Source: Octopus sinensis (Eukaryota). Taken from it: a stretch of DNA of 64,000 nucleotides. The stretch covers positions 56,606,001 through 56,670,000 of the forward strand of contig NC_043003.1 in the NCBI RefSeq assembly GCF_006345805.1, read 5' to 3'. Under the pieces are notes generated by a model. The model was not told the DNA's origin. It worked only from the letters and a program-made list of their open reading frames with translations, and made no database searches. The stretch's first letter is position 1; each line of letters begins with the position of its first letter. Both the position numbers and the translations under genes were made by a program. Shown piece after piece: positions 1 to 14,000 of the stretch.

Positions 1-964
1 CTTCTCTACACTTACAACAGAATTACGTATAAGAGATGAAATATTATCTTTCCTTAAATGTTCATTTTGATATAAAGATATATTCGTACAGACATACATA
101 AATGAATAGACGTACGGATACCTAAGTATACAGTAATATGAGCCAAGTTACCTATATAAGGAATCCAAATAATTCATCTGCTTCATAGCAATTAAGTCAT
201 TAAGTAATTATCCACGTTCTGATTTATATAATGTCATTATGTATATTAATATATTAATATAGATAATATATATTAATATAGATAATGACTTTATGCAAAT
301 TCACTATATTATTCACAATATACTAATATACATCAATACACGCGTTTACAAACATCGCTTGAGTACCATTATCTCGAACATGTTATTGCAGACAATTGGA
401 GATTGGGTTATTGCCAGAGTAAAGGAAGTTGCTGGGACAAATGGCATCTAAAAATAATCAAACAGTCAGGTGGCTGGACTGCTATTGGACAAAAATAAAT
501 CATCAATAAGGGGTGATGAGAAAATAACGTTCACAGGCAGACAACCAGCCACGGCAATCGACTACTAACGAAAGATAAAAACCCAGAAAGTTTGATAAAC
601 AGAGATTCAGACAGTCGGAGCGCACAGGAGAATACAAACAAGAGATGTCTTTGATAAAATAGCTAATCAGAACTTCAACCTATATTGTAAAAGCCTACAT
701 ACACAAACCGCTTCCATTCACAGCCGTAGGCTTTTCTTTCCACGGATGAACCTAATCTTGTTTGTAACTTTGAAAAAATTTTTTTTTTTCTTTCTGTGAT
801 ACACGATCCCTTTTCATCACTTTTTTTAACTTCCGGTCCCTTTTGATCGAAATTTTACATTTGTTTCCTTTTTTCTTATTTTTCCTTTTCCACCTCCTAA
901 CAGAAAAGCTCTACATTTGTCATTGACCCCTCTGTGTCCAGCCCTGTGTGGCCAATAAAGAAAG

Positions 965-965
<1 letters not shown>

Positions 966-1046
<81 letters not shown>

Positions 1047-1092
1047 GTATGTCTGTCTGTCTGTCTGTCCGTCTGTCTGTCTGTCTATCTCC

Positions 1093-1161
<69 letters not shown>
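966..1161. repeat. (TATC)n/(TGTC)n microsatellite
   Basis: Direct inspection; source of the YLSI-repeat ORFs. Confidence 0.95.
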
Positions 1162-1163
<2 letters not shown>

Positions 1164-1570
1164 ACAGCTGTTTCTGGGATATCCCATGTAATAGACTAAC
1201 GATTTAATCCATTACTTCAATATGAACGCATCATTCAGAATACTATGAAAACCCTGCATGAGTATGCCTGGGGTTATATCTAATGGCCTATACTATCACA
1301 GAAGTACGTACTAAGCTCTGTGAACTTTATTCTCCTGTCTGTTTATTTCTATCTACTTCTAGTCTTTATTCTTCTATTTTATTCCCTATAAACTGTGAAT
1401 TTCCCAGTCTCGAACTTTCATACATCCATTGTCTCTGATGACAAGGTGTGCGGACATGATAGCTAATCAGTTGGGATATCCCCAAAACAGCTGTAAGCCT
1501 TCAAATTCATCTTAGCCTAGTTGAATTATTGTAAATGACTAGAGATACTCGTTCTGTCTTGTCTTTTTCA
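1161..1570 (+). mobile_element. Penelope-like terminal repeat remnant with a degenerate hammerhead and an inverted partial copy
   Basis: CTGATGA 1435-41 ... GGGATATCCCC-AAAAC-AGCT-GTA-AG (G12 lost); 1161-1185 is the reverse complement of 1473-1497 with 2 mismatches. Confidence 0.6.
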
Positions 1571-2136
1571 TCTAATATATATATATTTCAAATTTACAGA
1601 AAACAAAGACAGTTGTAGGAATAACAAGCAGGTGTATTAAGTTAATGCTCGGGAAGAACGAAAAACTCATTTACATTTTGAGTCCACACTCTTCCACAGA
1701 AAGGATTAAGAGGAAGAAACAAACGAAGAAGTAAACGTGCAGAGTTCAACGGTCCACGCAGACACACGCGCGTGCATAAACACAAACACACATACACACA
1801 CGCACGCACACAACACATACGCACACGCATATGTATAGCTTCTACGGACTGCTCGAAGCTTGCTGTTTTCCTACGCTTTAATCTTTGGACCTTACTTTTA
1901 CTTATATATACATATATACATTTGTGTGTGTGTGTGTGTAATAGAAACAGTTTTTAAAGGAAAAGACTACACGTGGTGAAATCCAAGATATATACATACA
2001 AATAAATGATTGGAGGTGGAATTAAGAAGTATAACAATCAATATTGACTCATAATAATCATTTTTATACTTCTTATTTGTACCTCAAATAATTTATTTGT
2101 AAATATTTCTTTGTTTCTGTTTACTTTTCACCTATG

Positions 2137-2272
<136 letters not shown>

Positions 2273-3159
2273 AATATATATATATTTGTATATGTATATA
2301 TATTATATATATATATATACATATACATATACATACAAACAAACACACACACAAACATATATATATATATATATATGCATATGTGGGCAAACGACGTCAC
2401 GAAACGTGTACAACAAAAATACGAAGTACGAGTTCATGTGATATGAACTATTTTTTCGAACAACGAAAGACACAATTGGAAAACAAGACAAGCAACACAA
2501 AGAACAACCCGTCCTCAGTTGGTGGCTGTTTTTTCTACTTTCGTATTTCGAAACGATCCCACTATTAATGACATAAATTTTTATATCACCTTTATATCTC
2601 TTAGGCATACTTTTAAATGTCTGAATAGGAAATTTAATATTCTCACAATATTAGTCTTATATTGAAATATTAAATGAAGCTAACCTTGCAAGATAAATAA
2701 AACGACTTACGTAAATCACGTAGACCAATAATCTAATGGCGCGGAAACATTGGACCACTATACAGACGACATCATATAAATAAGGCTAATTATTATATGT
2801 AAATGCATTATATGTATGCATCACATAGATAATAGGTCTCACATTTGATTTCATAAGTTATTTGAAGGCAATTGTAGTCGGTATCATATAACATAGAAAT
2901 ACAAAGCGATTCACATAAGAAGTCACGGAATAATATACAGATTATTAGAGATTTGTAATAACAGTTTTCTTTCATGTTCTGTGTAAGTAGTTCGCAGTAA
3001 ATTTGGTTTAATATGCGGTGTAATAATAGTCATGGTCGTAGTAATGTTAGATACTGGTGTAAACAGCTGGTTTTAAATGTAAATAATGTCTATACAGGTG
3101 CAGGCGTAACTAAGTTGTGAGAAGTGTGTGTCCTCATCAGATATATGTGTGTATCCAAT

Positions 3160-3206
<47 letters not shown>

Positions 3207-3506
3207 CAGTTCGTACTTCTGCTTGGTTTGCAATGAAATAAATATTTAACAAAATATAAAAAAAGAAATGACAACACGAAGAATACTGAACATTTGAATG
3301 ATCAACTGCTTGACCAAAGTGTTTAACATATCAGTTCGGAAAACTAGTAAAAAACTGCTGATCAATAAATTTGTTAACGGAGTAACTAACCCATTAACTA
3401 ACAATAACAATAAAAGAACAAACCAGTGCGTGTGTTTACTATTACCGGCATAATATCCCTCACAACGTCTAATAGTATATATATATATTTATATATGCAT
3501 TATATT

Positions 3507-3575
<69 letters not shown>

Positions 3576-3891
3576 ATGCAATACAGAGATGTACATACAT
3601 AGCAAGTGACCTGATCTAAGATCGTGTGCTGGAACGAAAACAACTGCAGCGTGGAAGATGCTTATAAGCCATTTAAGAAACTCACGAAAATCGTTAGATT
3701 CACTTCAACATTTAGATTTAATTTCCCAAACATTTTCGCCTCTTTGAGACCGCGACCTGATCCCTGACAAAAGTTCATGCAGCACGGCGGGCTTCTTTCA
3801 CTTTCCACTTACCAAATCCAATCAAACACACACATACGCATACACACACACACAGACACACGCACACACATATCTATATATATATATATGT

Positions 3892-3952
<61 letters not shown>

Positions 3953-6743
3953 GTATATATATATATAATATATATATTTATCTATATATATATTTATATA
4001 TTTATAAGTGTGTGTGTATGTAAGTATAAATGTATGTATGTGTGTGTATATGTAGCGGTTCGGTAAAAAGGATCGATAGAATAAGTATCAGGCTGTAAAC
4101 GAATAAGTACCGGTTTCGATTCATTTCACACAAAAAAAAATTTAATAAAATCCTCAGAGCAAGGCCGCAGTATACTGACTGACATAAATCAAAGAATAAA
4201 AGAAAATCCCTTGATAACAAGAATTAAACCTCTCTGAATTTCATTGAGAAATATCTCTCTTGTTCTCGTTATACCATTTCGCCAGCTGTACATAAATTAC
4301 ATGGAACATTATTTCCACTCACAAACTTTCGAGAAAATACGTTATTCCGAGTATAAAATATGTCGATTTCTGATAAATATCTAAATAGCAAGGTAATGCG
4401 ACTGCATATTTTTCTAACATTGTTTTTGGAGTTGTGCTATGATAATGGTGTTGACGTAGAAAATTGAAGGCAGCTGAGTTCCTGTATGCTTTTTCTGAAG
4501 CATAATTTTCAACTAAACATTTTGTTATGAGTGGAATTGGATTTAAATGTACGGTTAGTTGACTTCGTATAATTATGGTTAGTATTACATCTGGAAATAT
4601 TAAGTTTAAATCTGGCTTGTTTTCATCTTTATTTAACGCTTAGCGATGAGGAAATTAATTGTAATAGAATAGCATAGTTTCTCAGGATTCTTCTGAAAAT
4701 ATTTATGGAGTTTATGCCTCGAACGAACGTACTTATTAATTAAAGAAAAATATTGTCGCTATTGATGTTGCAACCTCTATAATTAAAATAATTAATTATA
4801 CCAGCTTACATATATGATTAAGAGAATTATACTAGCGTGCAAATATCAAGTTATCAAGCGAATGGAATGTAGGTTATATGATGTATTTTTGAAAATGCTT
4901 AGTTAATTTACTTCTTGTTTAAATCAAATTAAATGGTATTCACATTTAAAATTGTGTGAGTAGGATCAGCCACAATTCTATCTTTATGGTAATGCTCCTC
5001 TTTGAGACTATGTAAGCGATTATTTTATCAGTAATGGACTTGAAATCTTGCAAGTATACGTAACTTTCTAGCTGATGATCAGACATATTATTTCCCCAGA
5101 AGAAAACCGTCAAAAATAATATTATCGTTCTTCTTTTTGTTCAGGAAGCAAGTTTTGAACTTATAATGAATAGAGCTGGAACATTGCCCACAAGCCCTCG
5201 CATTCGATACACGATAAAATTTCTCAGTCAAACATCCTGGATTATTACTCATTATCCACCCCGAAAGGATTATGAAAGGTGATTTCAGTAACATCTGTAT
5301 TCAGGATGCTGCGTATCGGAACAGAAATCTCAGAGCTTTCTATCCAAGTCTATCAATTATTCGTCTTCAAATTGCAGTATTCTATTCTCTCAAACTCACC
5401 CTCCAGATACCAAAGGCAATATGGCTCCTAACAGACGTAACGCACATTCATTTATACCGACCACTCAAGTTTCAAACTTTAAATTTGCTTCAAAATCCCA
5501 CCTGTTCTTCATTTCCAATATTTTCTTCATATTCTTAATCATTCACTTTAAACCTGATACAGTAATCTAGTGTTTCTTTGGGAACTAGTCTAGTTCTCTT
5601 TGACTCTCATACTATCGCCGTGACACGAAACGTTTTAAAGGAAATGGTAATAATCACAAATCACTGCCTCATTTACCCAGTCGATTCCTTTCCCTTTTTT
5701 GATGGTCACTAGAACAAGTTCTGTTGAAACTGATCAAGTCACCTTCTCTGCAGAATTTCAGTGAAAGCAATACCTGTTGCCATCTTCTTAATTTCGTTCT
5801 TTATACGTTGAAGATGCCATCTTCCTTCACCAAATATTCAGGGACTTATATATCCAAGATGTACACACGAAGATTACCTTCATCAGCAAGACAACCGTGG
5901 CCTCTACCGGCAGATTCATACATGATTTACCGCAATAATAAGTATCAAATTATAGTATTTTATGATTATCGATTTCTCTTATAATGTTCTTACACTATTC
6001 ATTACGACCACATTAAAGATGCATAATGGCTATTTTAATTTATATGCTGAGTCTCCATCTTTCCTGGAAATGTTTAACCAAAAGTGGACTTGGAGCATAT
6101 GACTGATTCTTCCCCATTTGTTTATCTATTTATCAAACATTAATAAAATAGACCATTGATCTATGGTAAACCAGTCGAGAAGATCCCGTCCTTTCTTATT
6201 CTTCTTACACGCACGGTACGTGATATTCTCTGAAACATTCAGATATCATTTCAGGAAGATTTTAACTCATATTTCTGGCAATTTATGTGATCACCTAGAG
6301 AAACTCTCATTGTAGCTTACAAGCTGAAACGAAGTTGTAACAGGCTGAGTTGTTTTCATGAAAAGCAAAACTCTTATGTATGGTACGCAATAATTAGTGT
6401 TAAATGTAAATTTTCAGCTTAAACCCATGTAATCAAACTTGAACACAGCAGCACTTACGTAATTAATGAGTATTTGTTTTTGAGAACTGAAATATAAATG
6501 TTACATTTGAGATACATGTTAAATAACAAAAGTGCCTGATACATTCTGTAACGTGATTGGCGTTAGGTAAATCAGACGCCGTAGTCCTACATAGTCCTCT
6601 GCTCCGTCAGACCCTTGTGAAACCGCCCAGTAAATATCAAAAAGGAAGACAGGTTATAACATGATACATATATACATTGGAACATACATGCATATAAGCA
6701 AATATTTATGCATCAATGCATACATATATACATCTTTTCTCTC

Positions 6744-6807
<64 letters not shown>

Positions 6808-7149
6808 AGACACAGTTATGCATGTAATAGTATGCTTATATACGTGTGCAAGTGTATATAGTTTTAGTTCAAATTATCTTTGTAAATTTAAATTAAAATC
6901 CTCGGAATTACTTTCATAAAAAGTCAGTCGTTTTAATTTCATAATTACTGAATAATTCATAGAAAATAACTCAATCTCTGTATCAAATAAATATCCCATA
7001 TCTAACATTAAATTCAAGAATCATTCAGTGTTTACCTTCTGCTTATTTTATTTTCTTATTCCTTATTTATTACAGTTGGTAATAGAAGTGACATATATTA
7101 TTTATTATCAATTCTAAATTTGAAAATTAAATCCCTTTTCTGATAATCG

Positions 7150-7720
7150 ATTTTTACCCTCAGAATTATATCCATGCTCGTTATAGCCTTCGCGCTTATA
7201 CTGTCGTTTGTGTAGTTTGGTTCATAACACCTTAATACATACATGCACAAAAAATATCTACAAATGAAGCTGACCATATTGAGAGCGAAAGGTGAAAAGA
7301 ACTTAATAACCAAAACAGCCACAAAGTTAAACACAATCGGATGGATATCCTTACGTGGGACAATATAGAAAATATATGTTCTATAGGAATACGAATATGA
7401 TGAGAAAAATACAAGAGAAAGATTATGTCTATGGACCTATGATGAGGAGTTTGCGAATTAATTATCCACGATTCACTTTCAGTTCCATACCATTTCTTAT
7501 TGGAGCAACAGGATATATATCAGAGCGTCTGAAGCACAGTATGGCTGAACTTGAGATCTTGATTTACACGTTACAAAACTTTACGATATCTGGGACTATA
7601 AAATTCTGCAAGACCTTCATGAGGTTTAGAGGATGATGGTTGGAATCAGAGACTTATCTTCGCGACCATGCTACCAAGTAGGTGTCCGGTAAAAATTTAC
7701 TCTAAAATTTAAAAGTGAAT
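7150..7720 (+). mobile_element. R4/Dong-like RLE-type non-LTR element 3' fragment
   Basis: KVKHNRMDILTWD (decayed HNRPD motif) and KIQEKDYVYGPMMRSLRINYP...PFLIGATGYI...LQNFTISGTIKFCKTF*. Confidence 0.7.
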
Positions 7721-8483
7721 GAGAACATACATGCATATATACGTGCCTGCATTTATATTTACATACATGCATATATAACTCGACAGTGTCGGTCAGAAAT
7801 GATAGTTGGTGCACCTAAGAGGTAAACCTCTATTGCTGACTGAACTGGAGTAACGTGAAATAAAGTACCTTGCTCAAAAACACAACACACAATCGGGTTC
7901 GGGAATCGAACTCACAGCCTCACGATCGTAAGCTCGACACACTAAACTTTGAGACATGCGCCTTCACTATACATACATACATACATACATACATACATAA
8001 ATACATACATACATACATAGATGCATGCATAGATACATACATACTTACATACATAGAATATTCCTCCATCAGATCGACGAGGACCATTTAGTCATTCTTA
8101 AGGAGAACTGGTGATTGCACGGAGACTTCGTTTAAAGTGAAGAAGCGTTACGCACTGTCAACCTTACTCCGTCCCTCCTGAAAATTTCGCTCCAGTGGCA
8201 AGACCATCTCAAACAAAGAGGTGATGCAGACAGATGTACTGGACATACAAGGTATCTTGCTTGCATAATACTGCGCACTGCTCTCCACAACGGCTTCTTG
8301 AAGGGTGTAGGTCACTTCTACAGAGACTGTTGGGTTTTGGTTTTACAGTAACAGGTGGGAAATCGCAAATATGTTAATTAACCTAAAGGTAGGACTCTAA
8401 CTCATGCCACTATTGCGAGACAGAGCAGACTTGGAAATAGCACTTGTTATAAGGTAGCGCTACACAGCTCAAAACCCCGCCGT

Positions 8484-8631
8484 CGGAGACGCATACACAC
8501 ACACACACACGCACACACACACACACACACACACTCACACTCACACATATATATTTATATAAACATATATATACATATATATATATATGCATGTACATAT
8601 ATATATATACATATTTATATATATACATGTG

Positions 8632-8664
<33 letters not shown>

Positions 8665-8888
8665 ATGTGTGTGTGTGTGTGTGTGCATCTGGTTGTGTTT
8701 ATATATGTATATATGTACGTGTGTGTGTGCGCGCGCACGCGTGTACTTCAGTATTTAGAATTTGCTATGGAAACATTTCCTAATGAGTGACAATGTTTTC
8801 AATAAACTTAATTTACGCTGCTATTATCTAACACGGACGCTCATTCTCTAAATGTTGCTCTCCAGCAGTCTAATGAATAATATCTCTA

Positions 8889-8980
<92 letters not shown>

Positions 8981-9074
8981 GTATATATATTTATATATAT
9001 ATGTATGTATATATATATATAATATATATACATATATATATATACATATATATATATACATATATATATATATG

Positions 9075-9108
<34 letters not shown>

Positions 9109-9130
9109 TACATATACACGTATGTAATCA
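8484..9130. repeat. Compound (AC)n/(AT)n/(GT)n microsatellite block, representative of dozens across the window
   Basis: Direct inspection. Similar blocks at ~2130-2380, 10190-10530, 25610-25850, 28730-29230, 31190-31450, 41980-42420, 45900-46620 and 61850-61990. Confidence 0.95.
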
Positions 9131-9428
9131 TATGTATGTACATACATTTGCATACTTATGTCATAATCATATTATGATTATACTGGCCAATTATGTACAT
9201 ATTCGCAAGGAAACTTGGGTGCATTCTGAAATTCATGTATGAACTTAAAGTTACAAGCATATATACATATCAGAAATAGACACACATACACACAGTATCA
9301 TACAATTGCAATTCGTACATATTATAATGGACATGGATAGATAAACAAATAACATATACACAAACACATATAAAGTGATAGATAAAGATATATACATACA
9401 TATATATGTATATATTTATATATATATG

Positions 9429-9481
<53 letters not shown>

Positions 9482-10291
9482 ACATACATTATGAGTATAT
9501 TTTATTGTTTTCTTTATATGTTTATGTGCATATGAATAAAAGTGTGCGCGTCAACCTACGTATCCTTATACATATGCTCACCAAAACAAAATCCTTTGTT
9601 AAATACACACCATCTGCACGTTTGCCACAACTTTTAATTAGTATGTATCGATATTAGTAGGAGGCTGTTTAATAGCCTCTCCGATATAATAAATCCTAAT
9701 TGACAAGATATTCCGCAATGCCATATAATTATAGAAAGCTTTATGTCGGATAATAAGCGCGAGGATTTGCAAAGACAAAATTGAAATGCTCATCCTTCGA
9801 ATCAACTTTCTCTAACAAAGCCAGCGTTTATGTAACGAATAAACAATACAATAGAGCGAAGCCTGAATGATCAAATGGCTGCCTAATTTACTACTGAACT
9901 TCCGGTTAGTCATCTGCTGTGTTGTGATATACTTTCACTTCTAATTTCACTTTGGAAAACTTGTTCGTTAGAGTTAGTAATGGATGTAACGTTATATTAA
10001 TAGCTGCCAACCAGTCTCCTGCCCTCAACCACCAACCTTCATTACACCATTGACATCGCTATGTTAGAGTCTGTAAAAATAACAATGGTGATGATATTTA
10101 TGTATTTTGTTGAATTCATTTTGTTGGATAACTTTTTCATTTGCATACGTAATACATGAGACTCTGCACATGAAAGACTATAAACAATCGAGTGTGTGCA
10201 TGTATGCATTTATGTATGCAAGTATGTGTGTATGCCTGTATGTGTGTATGTATGTATGTGTGTGTATGTATGTAAGTATATGTATATATAC

Positions 10292-10337
<46 letters not shown>

Positions 10338-11555
10338 TTGTATGTGCATGTGTGTGTATATACATATATATTCCTATATGTACTAATATATATGTACTCG
10401 TATATATATATATATATATGTACATATATACATATGTGTATGTACATATATGTGTGTGTGTGTATACATATACATACATGTATATATATACATATAAATG
10501 TATACATCCATATGTGCGTATCTATGTGTATGTGTACATAATTGAAAGATGTCCTTTCGCCATTGAAAGGAAGTCTGCTCGACGATACAAATCAATATTG
10601 AAAATGTTTTCTGACATATAGACGTTTCATGCCTCTATACAATTTGAATTTAAAAAAGAAGCACTATTCTAGTAGCAAAATTGTTCAATTAAAGGTCCAG
10701 TAAAATGGTTTCCATGTTTTCGTTTTTCCTTTGTTCGATAATGACTTGCTTCGATTAAACACGAAGCCAATTTTATAAATGGAATGAGAAGGGAAATTTT
10801 GTAGAATATATTCATCTAATCACATTACTTGTATTTTGTCTCTCTGTTGCGGATGCGTGAATGAAACATGAACATCAACAGCAACAATAAATGATAAGGA
10901 AATAGAGATGAAACGGCGATTTTTCACTAAAAAGCGTATATCAGTGATATAGAAAGATGTAGATACCAAGTTGACTGTTTCTCACTGCTACTTGAAATGT
11001 TTTTTCTTTTCTGTTTTTTTTTTCAGTAAATAGTGGTGGGGAAATATCGCTTAAACATTTGCCTGTCTACATCTTATTTATATTTTTGTTTTACGTTCTA
11101 AATAATATAAAGCTTTTATTTCAAACCTCAGCTTACATCGTTGGGTGAAAAAAACTGAAATGTGTATCAGCTATGATACATAAACGCCAGGGAATTATCT
11201 AATACGTATCACACGTGATACACAAGACAGGCAAAGTCTTAAGGAATCTATTGTTGGTCTGAGTAACTAAAAATTTCACATTGTATATTAAGATAAGTTT
11301 TAACATAATGGGAACTTATTTAGGCCTGACCCTGCAAGAATTGGCTTTGTGGGACGCGGTGAACCAAAGTACTTCAGGCGTTTTATATGCGATAAAAAGG
11401 AGTGCATTTTCATGTTTTGTCACGGATCTGTTACTGATGTGAACTATATCCAATGCATTCTTTCCTCTCAAAGGCGTGAAGGTAGGAATATGAGTGACAT
11501 TTGACTGCTATGTCTAGTACGTCTAGTATCTATGGAGACACATTTGAAGCATAAT

Positions 11556-11805
11556 GGTGCAAGCAGATGAAAGCTAACATTTCGAACAGGGTATTACACA
11601 TGAATGCATTTCGTCTCTCTTTACGTTCTGAATTCAAATACCGCCGACGTCGAATTTGCCATTCATCCTTTCGGGGTCGATAAATTAAGTACCATTTGTG
11701 TACTGGGGTCGATAAATTAAGTACCAATTGCGTACTGGGGTCGATGTTATCGACTGCCCCCTCCCAAAAGATTTCGGGCCTACTGCCTAGAGTAGGAAGG
11801 ATTAT
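11556..11805 (+). mobile_element. SINE family A (tail A2) with an internal tandem duplication
   Basis: GGGGTCGATAAATTAAGTACCA unit present twice. Confidence 0.75.
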
Positions 11806-11919
11806 ACATGAAGGTGTGGTGAGCATGTTGCCATGGAGATTTTACAGATTTTGATTAATAATAATGGATTTAACTCAAAGATTCCGAACTAATAATTATA
11901 TTTATCTTAAGCATAATGT

Positions 11920-12625
11920 CAGAATGTTTGATGGAAGGGAGTTAGTCGATATATTCGACCCCAATAGGTGACTGGTGTTGTGTTTTGTCAACTTTAGAAG
12001 GAGGAATGCAAATACACGTACCATGAGATTTGAACTTAGAAAAGAGTCGGTATAAATGTCACAAGGCGTTTTTTCCGACGCTCAAACCGTCCTGTCAAAA
12101 TATTTCTTTCTACAATAGGCACAACGTCTGAAAGGATTGGGAAGGATGTTGATTTAATTGACCTCAGTACACAACTGTTATTTATTTTATCGAAACCAAA
12201 ATGATGAATGACAAATTCAACCTCGAATGCTTTTGAATGCCGAACATATAGCCGGAAAAAATGCGTTTGACTATTTTGTCCGGTATGCTATCTATTGTGA
12301 AAATAAATAAAAAGCAGGATTTGTATCGTTGAAAAACAAAATGCATTACCTAAAAGACAATACCAAATAATCAAGACAACCCATCAACGCAAACATTTTA
12401 TTTTATTGTAATTCTTATTGCAATAAGCACAAGGCCTGTAGTTTTGTGGGTAGAGGCTAGTCGAGTACATGGAACCCAATACTCAACTGGTACGTATTTT
12501 ATCGACCCCGAGAGGCGTGAAATGCAAAGTCGACCTCAGTAGCATTTGAACTCAAAACTAAAGGGCGCGAGACACAACGCTAAAAATTATACCCACACGC
12601 TCACCATTCCCCCAACTCACCGGCC
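11920..12625 (-). mobile_element. Cluster of three degenerate SINE family A copies
   Basis: Recurrent TTTATCGACCCC/GTCGACCTC/TTTGAACTC remnants at ~11920-12085, 12112-12290 and 12423-12625. Confidence 0.6.
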
Positions 12626-13749
12626 TTTGTAGCAAACTGTAATTAATTACTTACTTACATTCTGCTAGAAGGTTCGATCATGCATATTCAACGTGGTTAA
12701 TGATCTTATGATGATTTATGTTTGTCCTATGCTTATGCTTTAAATATTACCATTTCTCTGGTCGCATTTACGTATATTGTCGTTCCAAAATCTCATCCTG
12801 CCTAGGTAATTGAATCAATTATTATGGAGTATTGGTAGATCTTTGCACGGCAAAAGTGTCTAGTATTGATTTCGATCAAACGTGTTTTGGTTATTTGGAC
12901 GGCTGTAATTTATCTAACTTTATCAGTCAAACACTTCATGAATATTTGCACGAGCAGAGCCTCTTAATAGCTTCGCTATAAACTAACTGTTGTGTATATA
13001 TAAGTCAGTAATATCATAACGTTCTCTCTACGAAACAAATTGTGGTTATTTGCCCGAGAGTAATCTCACAGCCGTATATCACCGAAATATTTGAGATGAT
13101 TTACATCACAATAATTTTAGAAGTTCCTTTTGTTGCACTTTTATTCTCTCTCACTCTACACACACAAGGAAGTGAACTCTGCTACTCACGTACATATTTC
13201 TTGTTAGCTAGGTCACTAGTATGTTATACTCTCAATACATAAATGAGTGTGTGTATGTGTGTGTGTGTGTGTGTGTGGTGTGTGTGTGTATGTCTGTGTA
13301 TGCATGCATGTATATATATATTGGTGTGTGTCTATATATAGATGTACACACAAATGCATACGCAAATACGCATACATACACACACATGCATACATGCATA
13401 TATACATACATATAGACAAACAGACAGACACACACACAGTACAATAAAGCGTTCCCTTGCTGATCCATTGCGGTTAAGCATCCTCATTTATTTGAAACGT
13501 TCAATACTGAGTTCCAGATACGGCAACAGTGAAACGTATGTAGGGATAAAATATTCGTACTGGTGTTTTTATCTTAATTTTCCACTATATATACATACAT
13601 GCACATGCACATGCACACACACACTCGCACATTCACAAGTCGCAAAAACACAAACACACTCACTCTCATATATATGTATTATATGTGTGCGTGGTGTGTG
13701 CATTTTGATATATATATATATACGCCATGTTGATTCGTTAGCTACTGCA

Positions 13750-13932
13750 CGCATTTTTTTTCTCTCCTTCTTTCTGTGTTTTTCTCTCTCTGTGTATCTT
13801 TCTGTTGAAGAGCGTAGGCTCGAAACGTTAAAGACTTGTTTTATTTATATTTCCTGAGCGCCATACTAATACAATTGTTCGTTTGTTTTCCACCTGCCTT
13901 CGTCTTTTGTTTATTTTCATAAAGCTTCCCGT

Positions 13933-13933
<1 letters not shown>
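13750..13933 (+). mobile_element. Short interspersed element carrying a minimal Penelope-type hammerhead (family also at 21020-21160, 56035-56240 and 32495-32555)
   Basis: TCTTT-CTGTTGA-A-GAGC-GTAG-GCTC-GAAAC-GTT-AAAGA, followed by the shared TTCCTGAGC...AATAC segment; its tail CCACCTGCCTTCGTCTTTTGTTTATTTTCATAAAGCTTCCCGTT recurs inverted at ~32505-32550. Confidence 0.7.

Positions 13934-13997
<64 letters not shown>

Positions 13998-14000
<3 letters not shown>

Noticed and set aside
3134-3140. Isolated CTGANGA boxes (3134-40 minus, 5880-86 minus, 17636-42 plus, 23214-20 plus, ~24394-24400 minus)
   Set aside because: No correctly placed stem II, GAAA box, NUH triplet or stem I partner; expected by chance.
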